A stretch of DNA of 64,000 nt from an uncultured delta proteobacterium (GCA_963724765.1 CAVRVY010000003.1:128001-192000); one strand, 5' to 3'; positions 1 to 9,970 are shown, counted from the first letter of the stretch. The notes: generated by a model not told the origin, from the sequence alone. Made by a program: numbers and translations.

Positions 1-1327
1 TTAGCGCGGGTTCGTTCGGAGTCGCGACATCACGCCCTTCATCGGACGAGATCGGCAATTTGATAGAAATCTGGATGCCGTCCTTCTTGAGTCCGACACG
101 TTCGATCAGCCGGGTCAGTGCTGATGCAGCTTCCGCTTCGGATCGCAGACTTTGAATCCAAGCTTCGGCGACCTTGAAGATGGAAGGCAATCGGTTCGCA
201 TCTATGTTGAGCTCCTCGATCGCTCCGGCGATTGCCGCTCGATCACTGAGAATCTGCTGAGTCGCGGCGCGAACGGCTCGTTCAAGCTCCGGTGCAGATA
301 CGCGCCACCCGCGCCGCTCATCTTGTACCGACCCTCTGACCAATCCACGCGAGACGTAGTAACGATAGTGGCGCGTCCCCTTTACCGCGCCCTGCACATA
401 CAGGGGCTCGCCGTTCTCGTCGAACAGTTTACCCGCGAGCGGGCTGGGCGGCGCCTTGGTTGGGCGTTCGCGATGCGTGGCGGCTTGATCGCGCAAGCGC
501 AGTTGGACCTTCTCCCAGAGCTCGCGGCTCACTATTGGCTGGTGCTGCCCTGGATGGCGTTCCTTCTTGTGGCGGATCTCGCCGAGGTAGATCGGGTTCG
601 ACAGCAGCTCATAAAGAGCTCCGCGCGAGAATTGCCGACCTCCAGATCGCACGCCGTTTTTCGACACCCGGACTTTGGAGACAATCTCGCGGCGCTTTAA
701 ATCGTTTCTCAGGAGCCTGACGGAACCGAGTTCGAGATATCGCTCGTAGATGTGTTTCACTGTCACGGCTTCGGGCCGATTGACTACCAGCCGGCGATCG
801 CGGACGTCGTAGCCCAGTGGCGATACCCCGCCCATCCACATTCCCTTGCGCTTGGAGGCGGCGATCTTGTCCCGGATCCGCTCGCCCGTTACTTCCCGCT
901 CGAATTGCGCGAACGAAAGCAGGACATTCAGCGTGAGTCGGCCCATCGAAGTGGTCGTGTTGAATTGCTGCGTGACTGCAACAAACGAAACGCCGCGCGC
1001 GTCGAACACCTCGACCATCTTGGCGAAGTCGGCAAGCGAGCGCGTGAGGCGATCGACCTTGTAAACGACCACCACGTCGACGAGTCTCCGCCTGATATCT
1101 TCCAACAGGTGTTGAAGGGCGGGACGTTCCATCGTCCCGCCCGAAAGGCCGCCATCATCGTAGGCGGTCTTGATGAGCCGCCAGCCCTCGCCCGTCTGGC
1201 TCTTGATGAATGCCTCACACGCCTCGCGCTGCGCATGCAGGGAGTTGAAGTCCTGCTCCAGCCCTTCTTCGGAAGACTTCCGCGTGTAGACCGCGCAGCG
1301 TCGTGTTCGCGACCTAGCGTGTTCCAT
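1..1327 (-). CDS. Large serine recombinase (resolvase + recombinase domains); runs off the left edge
   Basis: Manual translation from ATG at 1327: MEHARSRTRRCAVYTRKSSEEGLEQDFNSLHAQREACEAFI...YDDGGLSGGTMERPAL...VVVYKVDRLTRS...SFAQFEREVTGERIRDKIAASKRKG. Catalytic YxRxS motif present. No stop in the window, so absent from the ORF track. Confidence 0.93.
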   Translation of the reverse strand, partial: MEHARSRTRRCAVYTRKSSEEGLEQDFNSLHAQREACEAFIKSQTGEGWRLIKTAYDDGGLSGGTMERPALQHLLEDIRRRLVDVVVVYKVDRLTRSLADFAKMVEVFDARGVSFVAVTQQFNTTTSMGRLTLNVLLSFAQFEREVTGERIRDKIAASKRKGMWMGGVSPLGYDVRDRRLVVNRPEAVTVKHIYERYLELGSVRLLRNDLKRREIVSKVRVSKNGVRSGGRQFSRGALYELLSNPIYLGEIRHKKERHPGQHQPIVSRELWEKVQLRLRDQAATHRERPTKAPPSPLAGKLFDENGEPLYVQGAVKGTRHYRYYVSRGLVRGSVQDERRGWRVSAPELERAVRAATQQILSDRAAIAGAIEELNIDANRLPSIFKVAEAWIQSLRSEAEAASALTRLIERVGLKKDGIQISIKLPISSDEGRDVATPNEPAL

Positions 1328-1790
1328 CGCGGCGTTCCTCTTGTGATCGCTTGAGGCCGAAGAACAACGGCCCCGACCATCGAGTCCCGGTGATCTCGCG
1401 CGCGACTCCCGAGAGCGAACGATAACGCTTGCTCCGGAAGCAAAATCCTTTTTCGAGAACGCTTACTTGACGGCTGATACCGCGCCATTCACGCACCAGC
1501 ACCGCGCCGGGCCGCACGATGCGAGACGGTTCCGCGGCCAAAGACGACTCGTTAGCGCCATCATGGGCCAACTCGGCCAGCACGCGTCGGGTTGAGGGCT
1601 TAAGACCGCCAAAAGCCTTTTCCTGGAGGCGATATGCGATCGCGCGCGTCAGGAACGATCGGCTGATATCGCGCGACGGCGCCTTTCCGAACATAGCTTT
1701 CCAGCGCTCGCGGAGTTCGTCGATGCCTAGCTTCGACAGGCTGGCAATTTCCGACGCGAGGGTTTCACGGTCCCGAACCTGTCGCTTCAT
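1314..1790 (-). CDS. DUF2924 domain protein
   Basis: Motifs LRERWKAMFG, AIAYRLQEKAFGGL, PGAVLVREWRG and YRSLSGVAREITGTRWSGPLFFGL; overlaps the LSR start. Confidence 0.88.
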   Translation of the reverse strand: MKRQVRDRETLASEIASLSKLGIDELRERWKAMFGKAPSRDISRSFLTRAIAYRLQEKAFGGLKPSTRRVLAELAHDGANESSLAAEPSRIVRPGAVLVREWRGISRQVSVLEKGFCFRSKRYRSLSGVAREITGTRWSGPLFFGLKRSQEERRDGTR

Positions 1791-1840
1791 AGTCGTTTCT
1801 CTCGACACTTCTCGGCTTTCAACTCGGCTTCAAAACTCAT
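1787..1840 (-). CDS. Putative 17-aa leader peptide MSFEAELKAEKCREKRL coupled to DUF2924
   Basis: Strong SD AAGGAGGAG before ATG 1840; its TGA overlaps the DUF2924 ATG (ATGA). Confidence 0.4.
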   Translation of the reverse strand: MSFEAELKAEKCREKRL

Positions 1841-1848
1841 ATGTGCTC

Positions 1849-2145
1849 CTCCTTGAGCCGCGCTATTTGCTGCCCCAATGACACACACATTGCTCGATTC
1901 GCGACATACAGCCAGTCGTGCGCGGCGCGCGACTTGGGCATTTACGCTCTCATTAGACCTCGTTTTCTCTGCTGCGATTTCGCTGGTTTCATTCGCCTTC
2001 CAATCGCCTCGATCAGACTGTCGATTCGGGCCAATAGCCGGCTTCTCCCTTTTCTGCGCGAATGACGTTGGAAAAACCGGGGAAACCACTCGCTTCACGC
2101 GCCGACCAGAGCAAACATCCCGACGAGCCCTTACGGCTCAAGGAG
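1849..2145. promoter_or_regulatory. Divergent control region with two copies of ACTsGCT-N14-GAGCAA-(N19/N29)-CGGCTCAAGGAG
   Basis: Minus-strand copy 1849-1916; plus-strand copy 2088-2145; each ends in an SD. Confidence 0.55.
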
Positions 2146-2156
2146 ATTTAGAGGGA

Positions 2157-2441
2157 ATGGAACACGCGAAACAGGCGAACGGAAGCGGGCATGAACTATC
2201 GATCGGACATTCTCCATCTTCGGCCGGGAAGAAAGCTGTCCGGAAAAAGGCTGAGTCCCCACGGCCGCTCCGGAAGGAGGCGGGCAGCAAGTCGAAATCA
2301 GGGAAACTGGGTTGCCGCTATTGCGGGAGCGATGACCTGGCTCCGAGTTTCATCAAGCGGCGGGATCGGCGATGCCGCAAGTGTTTCAGTAAACGCTATG
2401 GGTCGGCGGCCCGGGCGAGGAAGGCGAAGGTCAAGAAATAG
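2157..2441 (+). CDS. Small basic protein with CxxC...CxxC zinc-ribbon-like motif
   Basis: SD-like AAGGAG/GAGGG upstream; CRYC and CRKC motifs; K/R-rich; followed by a terminator hairpin. Confidence 0.6.
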   Translation: MEHAKQANGSGHELSIGHSPSSAGKKAVRKKAESPRPLRKEAGSKSKSGKLGCRYCGSDDLAPSFIKRRDRRCRKCFSKRYGSAARARKAKVKK

Positions 2442-2464
2442 TTCGAACATGACTTCGGATGAGT

Positions 2465-2498
2465 GGCCGGGCTCGAAAGGGCTCGGCCCCTTTCGTTT
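2465..2498 (+). terminator. Intrinsic terminator
   Basis: GGCCGGGCTC-GAAA-GGGCTCGGCC hairpin followed by CCTTTCGTTT. Confidence 0.65.
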
Positions 2499-2642
2499 AA
2501 GGCTTGGTCTAGGAGCGAGGCTCTACGAAACTGGTAACACTTCGCCCTTCAAGTTGTCCAAATAGGCTGCGGCCTTTGGGAGTCGGTTGCACGCTATTCG
2601 ATAGCGCCCAGAATCTCATGCACTCAGGGAGGTTGCCTCCGT

Positions 2643-4357
2643 ATGTATCGCGACGTGGTGCAATGGTCGAAGATCCGACATCGGATTCTGGTGAAAGGCG
2701 ACTCGCGTCGCCAGGTTGCCCGCGAGACTGGCATCAGCACGAATACCATCGACAAGATGCTTGCCCATCGCCACCCGCTCCCATATGGGCCAAGAAGCCA
2801 TAGATATCCAAGGCTAGGGGCACACGTGGCCTCGATCCGCCGGATGCTCCAGAAGAACGCTGGTCTCCCGCCCTCGGCCCGGCTCTCAGTCAAGGACATT
2901 TACGAACGGGTTCGTGATGAGGAAGGCTTCCTCGGTGGATACAGCACGGTGAGCGACTATGTTCGTCCGCCCGCGAGCGATGAAGACTGCATCTGGAAAC
3001 AACCTTACGATTTGCTGATATTGCTCGAGAAGAAGCGTGTGCTCGACTTTTTAGTCTTGCTTTCTTGCGCCGATCCACCCGTCATCTCGCCGGCTCGAAA
3101 AAAGCAGTTCTTTCATGATGTCGGTCGGGTGATCGGCATCAACCCGAAGCCCAACAACAGAGCAGCGCTCCGAAGCGCCGCGTTCGAGTGGATGCGCTCC
3201 GTCCTTCAGAAGGAAATCAGCGACGACGCCCTGCGTCGCGAGATAGGTGACCTGCCCGACCTCAACCGCTTGCTACGCCGCCTGTATGAAGGACGCCTAT
3301 CCGATCGCAACCGGGTCAATGGTCGTTCTGGCGAGCCGACGCGGTCTGAGCAGCCGAATGATCTGCAGTTTTCTCGATATCGACAATAAATCCTGTCGAA
3401 AATATCTTCAGAGCTTCGAGCGCGGGGATTATACAGAGTTATTCGCGCTTCAAATCAAGCCTAACCGGAAGTTCGACGATGAGGTGATCAAGAAGGCGAT
3501 CTTCGGCCTCATGCACGAGCCCCCGTCCAATCACGGCATCAATCGCACGACTTGGATCATGGCCGACCTGTCTCGGGTACTGAGAGAAACAGGCAGACCC
3601 GCCTGCCCCGACGTGATCCGGAAGATCACGAAAGCAGCGGGATACCGCTGGCGCAAGGCTCGAGTCGTACTAACATCGAGCGACCCCGAATACTCCAAGA
3701 AACTCGATCGCATCCGCTCGATCCTCTCCGGGCTTTGTCCGGACGAAGCGTTCTTCTCGATCGACGAATTCGGTCCCTTCGCCGTGAAGATGAAGCCTGG
3801 CCGCACACTCACTGCCCCCGGCGAGCAGCGCATTGTGCCGCAGTGGCAGAAATCCCGCGGCTCTCTGATCCTGACGGCGGCGCTTGAGCTGTCCGGCAAC
3901 CAAGTCACCCACTTCTACAGCGCGAACAAAAATACAACCGAGATGATCCGAATGATGGAGCTTCTGGTCGAGCAATATCGCGACCGGCGGAAGGTGTATC
4001 TCTCATGGGATGCAGCCTCCTGGCACATCTCGAAGCGATTGTTTGAGCATGTCGAAAGCCTTAATGCGGTTGCCGCTAGGGGCGCTGCACCGATCATCGA
4101 GACCGTTCCATTGCCGTCAGGTGCTCAGTTCCTGAATGATTGAATCCGTCTTCAGCGGGATGGCTCGCGCGATCATCCACAACAGTGACTACCAGACACT
4201 CGATGACGCGAAGACAGCGATCAATCGATACTTTGAAGAACGGAACGCGCACTTTAGGCAGCATCCCAGAAGAGCCGGAAAGAAGATCTGGGGCAAGGAG
4301 CGCGCACCCGCCACTTTTTCCGAAGCAAACAATTGCAAGGATTCACGTTACCGGTAA
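2643..4357 (+). mobile_element. IS630-family DDE transposase with IS21 IstA-like N-terminal HTH, split by two frameshifts (~3314, ~4137)
   Basis: ORFs 2643-3389, 3247-4143 and 4136-4357 join into one protein. DDE motifs FSIDEFGP, LSWDAASWH and PSGAQFLN-IE; winged-helix TTWIMADL...GYRWRKAR. Confidence 0.75.
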
Positions 4358-4998
4358 CGGTGGCTACTTGCCTCGGTCATCGATCAAAATGCATTCTCAA
4401 ACGGGCGCCGGCTATGGTCGTCAGCTCGACGATTCTTGATGGCTTACTGACCGCTGCATAAGTCGCCTGTCAGTTCGAATTTGACTCGCTCCGCCATGCA
4501 GTCTCAGGTTTGAGGCATTCTCCTGGGATGACCGCAAAAAAGCGCGCGTGTGGGGCCGATGCGCGCGCCTCACCGGCACCAGAGAGACCTCACATGTCGA
4601 GTTATGCCGCGTGACTTCGATTTTCTCTCCGTGGGCGATCGGCTATGTCTTGCTCATTGAACAAGTCCGGGCGATGCTCGATAACGATTTTCTCCAGGCT
4701 CAGGCCGCCCCGTCGCTTGGACCGCTGAGCGCATTGTCGCGGTACAGCGGCAACGGGCGCACGAGCAGGCGCTGGCGTCGGTCAAGCCTAGGAGGTACCG
4801 CCGGCACGGCCGACGCTGAAGGACAGGTGGTGCTCGGACTTGGTGCACCGACGCAATCGCAACCAACACCTTGTCCCAAGGGCCTCACTGGCCTCCGTTT
4901 TCCCGCGCCTAGCCGAGCCGGCGCGACGGTTATGGCCATGCTCGCTGGCAAGGCCGTCGAAGTAGGCGGCGCACCGGCACAACTTTGTCCCGGCTGAA

Positions 4999-5373
4999 TT
5001 AGAATGAATTTCCGATTTCAATAATGTAGCCGTCCGGGTCGGCGAAATAAGCGTAGGCAACACCGGGCGCGTGTTCGCCGCGGCTCAGCAGTTTTCCACC
5101 AGCTCGTTCGACCTGCTCCACGCCATCATCCAGCTGGCCCTTGTCGGTGAGTGCGAAGCCGAAATGCGACACACCGCCGCCTCCAATCGGCTCACTCTTG
5201 TCGACTTCGCAGAGCGTGATTGTGTCGTGGACGCCTGGCGAGCCGAGGAATACCATCCGCTGGCCTTCCCAAAATTTGACCTCAAGGCCGAATGCCTCCT
5301 GGTAGAACCTGCGTGAGCGTTGGATGTCACTGACGTTCAGGTTGATGTGATTAAGTCCGCGCGACTTGACCAT
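4999..5373 (-). CDS. VOC/glyoxalase family protein
   Basis: LNHINLNVSDIQRSRRFY, SHFGF and YFADPDGYIIE; SD GGAGG before ATG 5373. Confidence 0.9.
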   Translation of the reverse strand: MVKSRGLNHINLNVSDIQRSRRFYQEAFGLEVKFWEGQRMVFLGSPGVHDTITLCEVDKSEPIGGGGVSHFGFALTDKGQLDDGVEQVERAGGKLLSRGEHAPGVAYAYFADPDGYIIEIGNSF

Positions 5374-5529
5374 AGGTTGGCCTCCTGAACTCGGCGTCCC
5401 GCGACTCACGCTCTCGCCCTGCGTTTGCTATTTTGCACGCTAGAGCGCGCGATCGGAATCGCGGAGCGGATCCCTAAGCGGACCGCGTATGGAGGCGTAT
5501 ACCTGGGGCGTGCGAGCGTCGGGCCTCGT

Positions 5530-6309
5530 TCATTTTCGATACTTGCCGAAATCCGGCTTGCGCCGCTCCATGAAGGCGTTGCGCCCTTCCATCGATTCCT
5601 CATTGCCGTAGTACAGCCCAAGCGCGGTCATCCCGAGCGCGCCGATTCCCTTGACGTGATCGGTTTCGGCATTGAACGAAGCCTTGGCGATCCGAAGCGC
5701 GGTCGGGCTCATCGCGAGCATCTCGCGCGCCCACGCGCACGCCTCATCCATCAGTTGCGCTGCGGGGACGACCTTGTTTACCAGTCCCATCGCGAGCGCC
5801 TCCTCGGCCGAGTACTGGCGGCAGAGATACCAGATCTCTCTCGCCTTCTTTTCGCCTATCAGGCGCGTCAGGTACGCGGTGCCAAAGCCCGGGTCGACGC
5901 TGCCGACGCGCGGCCCAACCTGTCCGAAGCGGGCCGTGTCGGCGGCGATCGTGAGATCGCATACGACGTGCAGAACGTGGCCGCCGCCGATGGCGTAGCC
6001 GTTGACCGCGGCGATGACGGGCTTCGGGATGTCGCGGATGATTGCGTGGAATTCGTCAACATTCATCCCGCCCTGGTAACCGCCGCCGCTGCGAATCGAC
6101 TGATCGCCTCCGGAACTGAACGCGCGTCCCGCGCCGGTCAGAATGACGACCCCGATCGTGCGGTCGTACCATGCGTCGCGAAATGCGTCGATCATCTCGT
6201 GCACGGTCTTTCCTCGAAACGCGTTGAGGACGTCGGGCCGGTTCATCGTTACGGTCGCGATGCCTTCGGCCTTGTCATAGATGATGTCTTCGTACGGCAT
6301 TGGATTCAC
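5530..6309 (-). CDS. Crotonase-family MenB/BadI-like enzyme (2-ketocyclohexanecarboxyl-CoA hydrolase-like)
   Basis: FSSGGDQ, GYAIGGGHVLHVVCD and GPRVGSVDPGFG (BadI-like GSVDPG rather than MenB GSFDG). Confidence 0.85.
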   Translation of the reverse strand: MNPMPYEDIIYDKAEGIATVTMNRPDVLNAFRGKTVHEMIDAFRDAWYDRTIGVVILTGAGRAFSSGGDQSIRSGGGYQGGMNVDEFHAIIRDIPKPVIAAVNGYAIGGGHVLHVVCDLTIAADTARFGQVGPRVGSVDPGFGTAYLTRLIGEKKAREIWYLCRQYSAEEALAMGLVNKVVPAAQLMDEACAWAREMLAMSPTALRIAKASFNAETDHVKGIGALGMTALGLYYGNEESMEGRNAFMERRKPDFGKYRK

Positions 6310-6463
6310 TCCCCGGGTTGGCGCGCGGCGATTTCAATTTCGGTCGGCGGGCGCGCGATGCCAATTCTCTGGCGGACTCTACGCCAAATCGGTCACACGA
6401 GCTCTTCGCGCGCGGCAGCCAGGTAGTCCGGTCCTTGCCGCCGGCGTCGAGCGCCTGCAGGAC

Positions 6464-6565
6464 GTCGAGGCGATCAGGAGATCCGCTACGGACGACAGAA
6501 CGAGCCAGCGGCTTGGCGCGGACCACGACCACAGGCGTTGGCGTTCACGAAGGGCGTAGAGCGCA
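6464..6565 (-). pseudogene. Fragment resembling a P-type H+-ATPase C-terminal membrane segment
   Basis: ALYALRERQRLWSWSAPSRWLVLSSVADLLIAST; recognised from memory. Confidence 0.45.
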
Positions 6566-6584
6566 GCGCGGAGACCGGCGTTAC

Positions 6585-7658
6585 TCATGATACGGCCTCG
6601 GCTTTCAGGACGAGGCGGCCGGTGACCTTGCCGTCACGCAGGCGCATCAGTGCTTCGTAGGCGCGGCTCTGCGGCACCGTGGCGACCGGCAGCGCCGGCA
6701 GCTCGCCATCCTGAGCGAGCTTGACCAGCTCCCGCAGTTCCTTTGGGTTGCCGACATAGCTGCCCTGAACGGTCAGCGCGCGGATCGCCATGATCGGCAG
6801 CGGCAGCATCAGTTCGCCGCCGAACAGGCCGACCTGGATCAGCTTGCCACCCTTCGCCAAGGCGCTGAAGGCGAAGCGAGCGGTGGCGGTGCCGTTCACC
6901 AGATCGATCACGGCAAGCACCGGGCCGCCAGCGGCTTCGATGATGCGCTTGGTCACGGTCGGGCCGTCGCCGCTGCCGTCCACCACCTTGTGCGCACCGG
7001 CCTTCAGCGCCGCATCGCGCTTTTCGGCGCTGACATCGACGCTGATGATGTTCTGATGCTTCAACGCCTTCAGCACCGCGATCGCGTTCAGGCCCAATCC
7101 GCCCGCGCCCACCAGCACGATCGGCTGCGTCGGGGTTAGCGGCATCGCCTTTTTGATGGCGGAAAAGACCGTGATGCCGGAGCAGGCATAGGTCGCGGCG
7201 ACCGCGGGATCAAGCGTGCCAGGATCGACCAGATGACGTGGATGCGGGGCAACGACGTGCGTGCCGTAGCCGCCGTTCTGGTATACGCCCAGGCTGCGGT
7301 TCGCGACCGCGCACATGTTGTCCTCTTCGGCCAGGCATTTCTCGCATTTGCCGCAGCCCAGCCACGGGAAGACGATGCGCAGGTCACCGACCTTCACACC
7401 CTTCGCATCAGGACCCAGCTTCACCACGCGGCCGACGATCTCGTGCCCCATTGCCAGCGGCAGGACCACGCCACGATCGGTCAGCGACATCCTCTGGCCG
7501 CCGCCGACGTCGTAATAGCCCTCCCAGATATGCAGGTCGGAGTGGCAGACCCCACAATGCGTGACTTCGAGGAGGATCTCGGTGCCCGTCGGCTCCGGCG
7601 TCGGCAACTCGATTTCCTTCAGGGGCTGCCCGTTTTCTACCACGGCCCATGCGCGCAT
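6585..7658 (-). CDS. Zinc-binding alcohol dehydrogenase
   Basis: CHSDLH, GHEIVG, structural-zinc CGKCEKC...C, and GAGGLG. Confidence 0.95.
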   Translation of the reverse strand: MRAWAVVENGQPLKEIELPTPEPTGTEILLEVTHCGVCHSDLHIWEGYYDVGGGQRMSLTDRGVVLPLAMGHEIVGRVVKLGPDAKGVKVGDLRIVFPWLGCGKCEKCLAEEDNMCAVANRSLGVYQNGGYGTHVVAPHPRHLVDPGTLDPAVAATYACSGITVFSAIKKAMPLTPTQPIVLVGAGGLGLNAIAVLKALKHQNIISVDVSAEKRDAALKAGAHKVVDGSGDGPTVTKRIIEAAGGPVLAVIDLVNGTATARFAFSALAKGGKLIQVGLFGGELMLPLPIMAIRALTVQGSYVGNPKELRELVKLAQDGELPALPVATVPQSRAYEALMRLRDGKVTGRLVLKAEAVS

Positions 7659-7737
7659 GTTTGTCTCCTGCTTTCTGACGTTTGCTAGATGGATAGCGCG
7701 TGGCGCGGATTAAGCAAGACCGGGCTCTGCCGGTTAG

Positions 7738-7835
7738 AATGGTGGCGGCCATCGCTGTCGTGGTCTATGGCATCTACGCGGCTATGGGCAATAACATCGG
7801 TTCACTCGCCAGTGGCGTCGATTCCGCTCTGACCA
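7738..7835 (+). pseudogene. Flp/type IVb pilin C-terminal fragment
   Basis: AAIAVVVYGIYAAMGNNIGSLASGVDSALT; the G-xxxxEY N-terminus is missing. Confidence 0.5.
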
Positions 7836-8129
7836 AACGTGTAAAGGCAGGATTAGTCTGGCTAGTGCCGTTGGTGTTCGGCCCTGCATTCGCTCCGGTC
7901 TCCGGTAATCTGCGCCCGCGCCAGCGCCGGGATCGTGAGCAGCGCGAGAAGTAGAAGCGAACTTAGCCAACGCACGATCAGCATGCCGGGTAAGCGAAAA
8001 CGGACTGCGGGCGCAGGAGCGCCAGGCGCCGCGATCACGAGCAAAGAACCGATCCAACGCTTCATTACCATCCCCCTTGCCGATAGCCCCAATCGCCACC
8101 GAATCTGCCGGGGCGAAGGCCGCGTTATC

Positions 8130-8300
8130 GCGTTATAATGGTTCGTGATCTGCATCGTGGAGAGCGGGTAAGTATAAAAAGCCACGTCCGCGATGATGAT
8201 CCCGGAGGTCGTGTACCCGTTGCCGTTATCCAATCCCGAACTGAACCCGCCGCCGCCTGTGCTCGGGGAACCTCCGCCCGATTCCGCCACGCCCGATCCG
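8130..8300 (-). pseudogene. LamG/concanavalin-like domain C-terminal fragment
   Basis: GIIIADVAFYTYPLSTMQITNHYNA resembles the IDEVAIY..ALS..QI..HY LamG ending. Confidence 0.4.
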
Positions 8301-8339
8301 CCGTCCACGCGCGCGCGTTCGCGTGGACGGCTGCACTGA

Positions 8340-8799
8340 TCGGAGCGGCATCACCGGCGTGATGCGCGCGGCGTTCGATTGCGCGCTGAATTTCGCACGG
8401 ACCGACAAACGATCCGGGCCGGTGCCGGTGATCGAGTACCAGAATGTCGGCTACATGCTGGCGGATCTGAAAATGAGAATCGAAGCGGCGCGCTATCTCA
8501 CCTGGAAGGCGTGCCATTACTTCGATGCCACCGGCGGGCTCGGCGAGGAACTTCCGATCATCACCAAGGTATATTGCTCGGAGCTTGCGGTGCAGGTTGT
8601 GTACGACGCGATGCGGCTGGTAGGTGCCGACAGCTACACCGACATGCAGCCGCTGACGGGGCTGATGCAGGACGCGCTCGCCTTTCCTCTCTACGACGGC
8701 GGCAACATGGGCGTCAGGCGCCGGCAATTGCGCGCGATCTTCCGCACGCCGGGGTACGATCCGATGGCGGCCACGGAGGGGCGGCCACCGACGCGCTGA
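8340..8799 (+). pseudogene. Acyl-CoA dehydrogenase C-terminal domain fragment
   Basis: VIEYQNVGYMLADLKMRIEAAR, KVYCSE, AMRLVG and PLYDGGNMGVRR; N-terminal two thirds absent. Confidence 0.8.
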
Positions 8800-8921
8800 C
8801 CCGGCAGCGCTAGGGGTTGCGTTGCGGCTCGAGCGGCAGGCTCGCCCGTCCCGGTCAGCGCGGACGAGTCGCTATGCACCGTGCCCATCGGTTAGACGCG
8901 GCGCCTGGCGACTCATTGGCA

Positions 8922-9203
8922 TCAGAAATCGGCGGGGACAGACTTCAGCAACTTGCGGTCCGCTGGGCTGAGCGCAGCGTTGGCCTGGTCGAATGCGCGT
9001 TGCGCCTCACGGCACTCCTGCAGGGCGGCCGCGACCGCTGAGCCGTCCGGCCAGCTGTTCGGGTCGAAAGGCGTTGTCGACGGCCCATCCCTGAGCGACC
9101 TCAGCAACCTCTCGGCCTTGTCCAACATATCCGAGAGCTGTTCTTCCGCGTCGGTCGCACGTGCCTTCGCTTTCAACCAGGCTAGAACTTGTTCGTCCGG
9201 CAT
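8922..9203 (-). CDS. Hypothetical protein
   Basis: 93-aa helical-looking ORF with SD-like GAGGG upstream. Confidence 0.45.
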   Translation of the reverse strand: MPDEQVLAWLKAKARATDAEEQLSDMLDKAERLLRSLRDGPSTTPFDPNSWPDGSAVAAALQECREAQRAFDQANAALSPADRKLLKSVPADF

Positions 9204-9354
9204 TTTTAGATCCCTCTTCGCGGTAGGTATCTTCGACGAACGTGGCGATTAAAATAATCTTTCTCGGAACGGAAGGAAAAAGAAAAGTGCAGACCCTCTC
9301 GGATCCGCCCTCATCGGCCCGGGAAGCCCTTCGCGGGGGACAGGACAGGCTCGA

Positions 9355-9510
9355 CACTACTTTTGCCCAAGGTGCGGTGTGGCGGTTTTGCGTAATCCCC
9401 GCACTTCACCCGATACTAAATTTTCGGTCAATGTCCGCTGTCTTGCGGGGGTTGACGTGTCGAAGCTAAAGGTCACGCAATTCGATGGTCGCAACAAGCT
9501 TAAGGTTTAA
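9355..9510 (+). pseudogene. GFA/CENP-V family C-terminal fragment
   Basis: Manual translation HYFCPRCGVAVLRNPRTSPDTKFSVNVRCLAGVDVSKLKVTQFDGRNKLKV*. Confidence 0.7.
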
Positions 9511-9689
9511 GGAAAGATCGTCGCAGCTCTAAACTCAAACCGTAACGTAGTGATGATGCTTCCCCCCTGGCCAACGATCGCCAATCGGAGATGGCCGCTT
9601 CGCGGATTCAAGTCCAGATCTACTCCCGTAGCCGATGAGCAGGGACAAGTGCCTGTGAGCACTTTGTCAGCATCATCCAAGGAGACGCC

Positions 9690-9794
9690 GAGAAAGCTGT
9701 CTTCGCATCTTTTGCTGCCATATTTCACAATTGCCCGAATTGCCGCATTGAGTCCCGGACAATCTCCACCGCCAGTCAGTACGCCTATCTTCAT
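9690..9794 (-). pseudogene. pfkA: 6-phosphofructokinase N-terminal fragment
   Basis: [24 protein letters not shown] with SD AAGGAGG; similarity is lost after about 35 codons. Confidence 0.8.
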
Positions 9795-9970
9795 AGCCCC
9801 TCCTTCTTTGATGCAGATTGTTGCCTGTTACGTAGGAAAAATACACGGGGTTTCGCGATTTGAAGCCGGCGATAGCCTAAAGAACGCACCGAAAAGGCCG
9901 GAGTCATAAGGGCTCCACGCTTGCCGGCTTGACCAGCACCATCGCATTCAGGCAATACGGCCGGCCACAA

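Noticed and set aside
152-1488. ORFs 152-700, 752-1354 and 928-1488
   Set aside because: Antisense or off-frame shadows of the recombinase gene, expected at high GC.
3300-4145. Programmed ribosomal frameshifting in the IS630-type gene
   Set aside because: No A-rich slippery heptamer at either break; mutation or sequencing error is simpler.
4440-4997. ORF 4548-4997 as a gene or IS630 passenger
   Set aside because: Low-complexity translation, no SD and no recognisable domain.
5530-6309. Gene symbol menB
   Set aside because: The GSVDPG motif is BadI-like and no other men genes are nearby.
5425-6426. 333-aa plus-strand ORF and similar long shadow ORFs across the window
   Set aside because: Antisense to well-supported genes, with no recognisable motifs.
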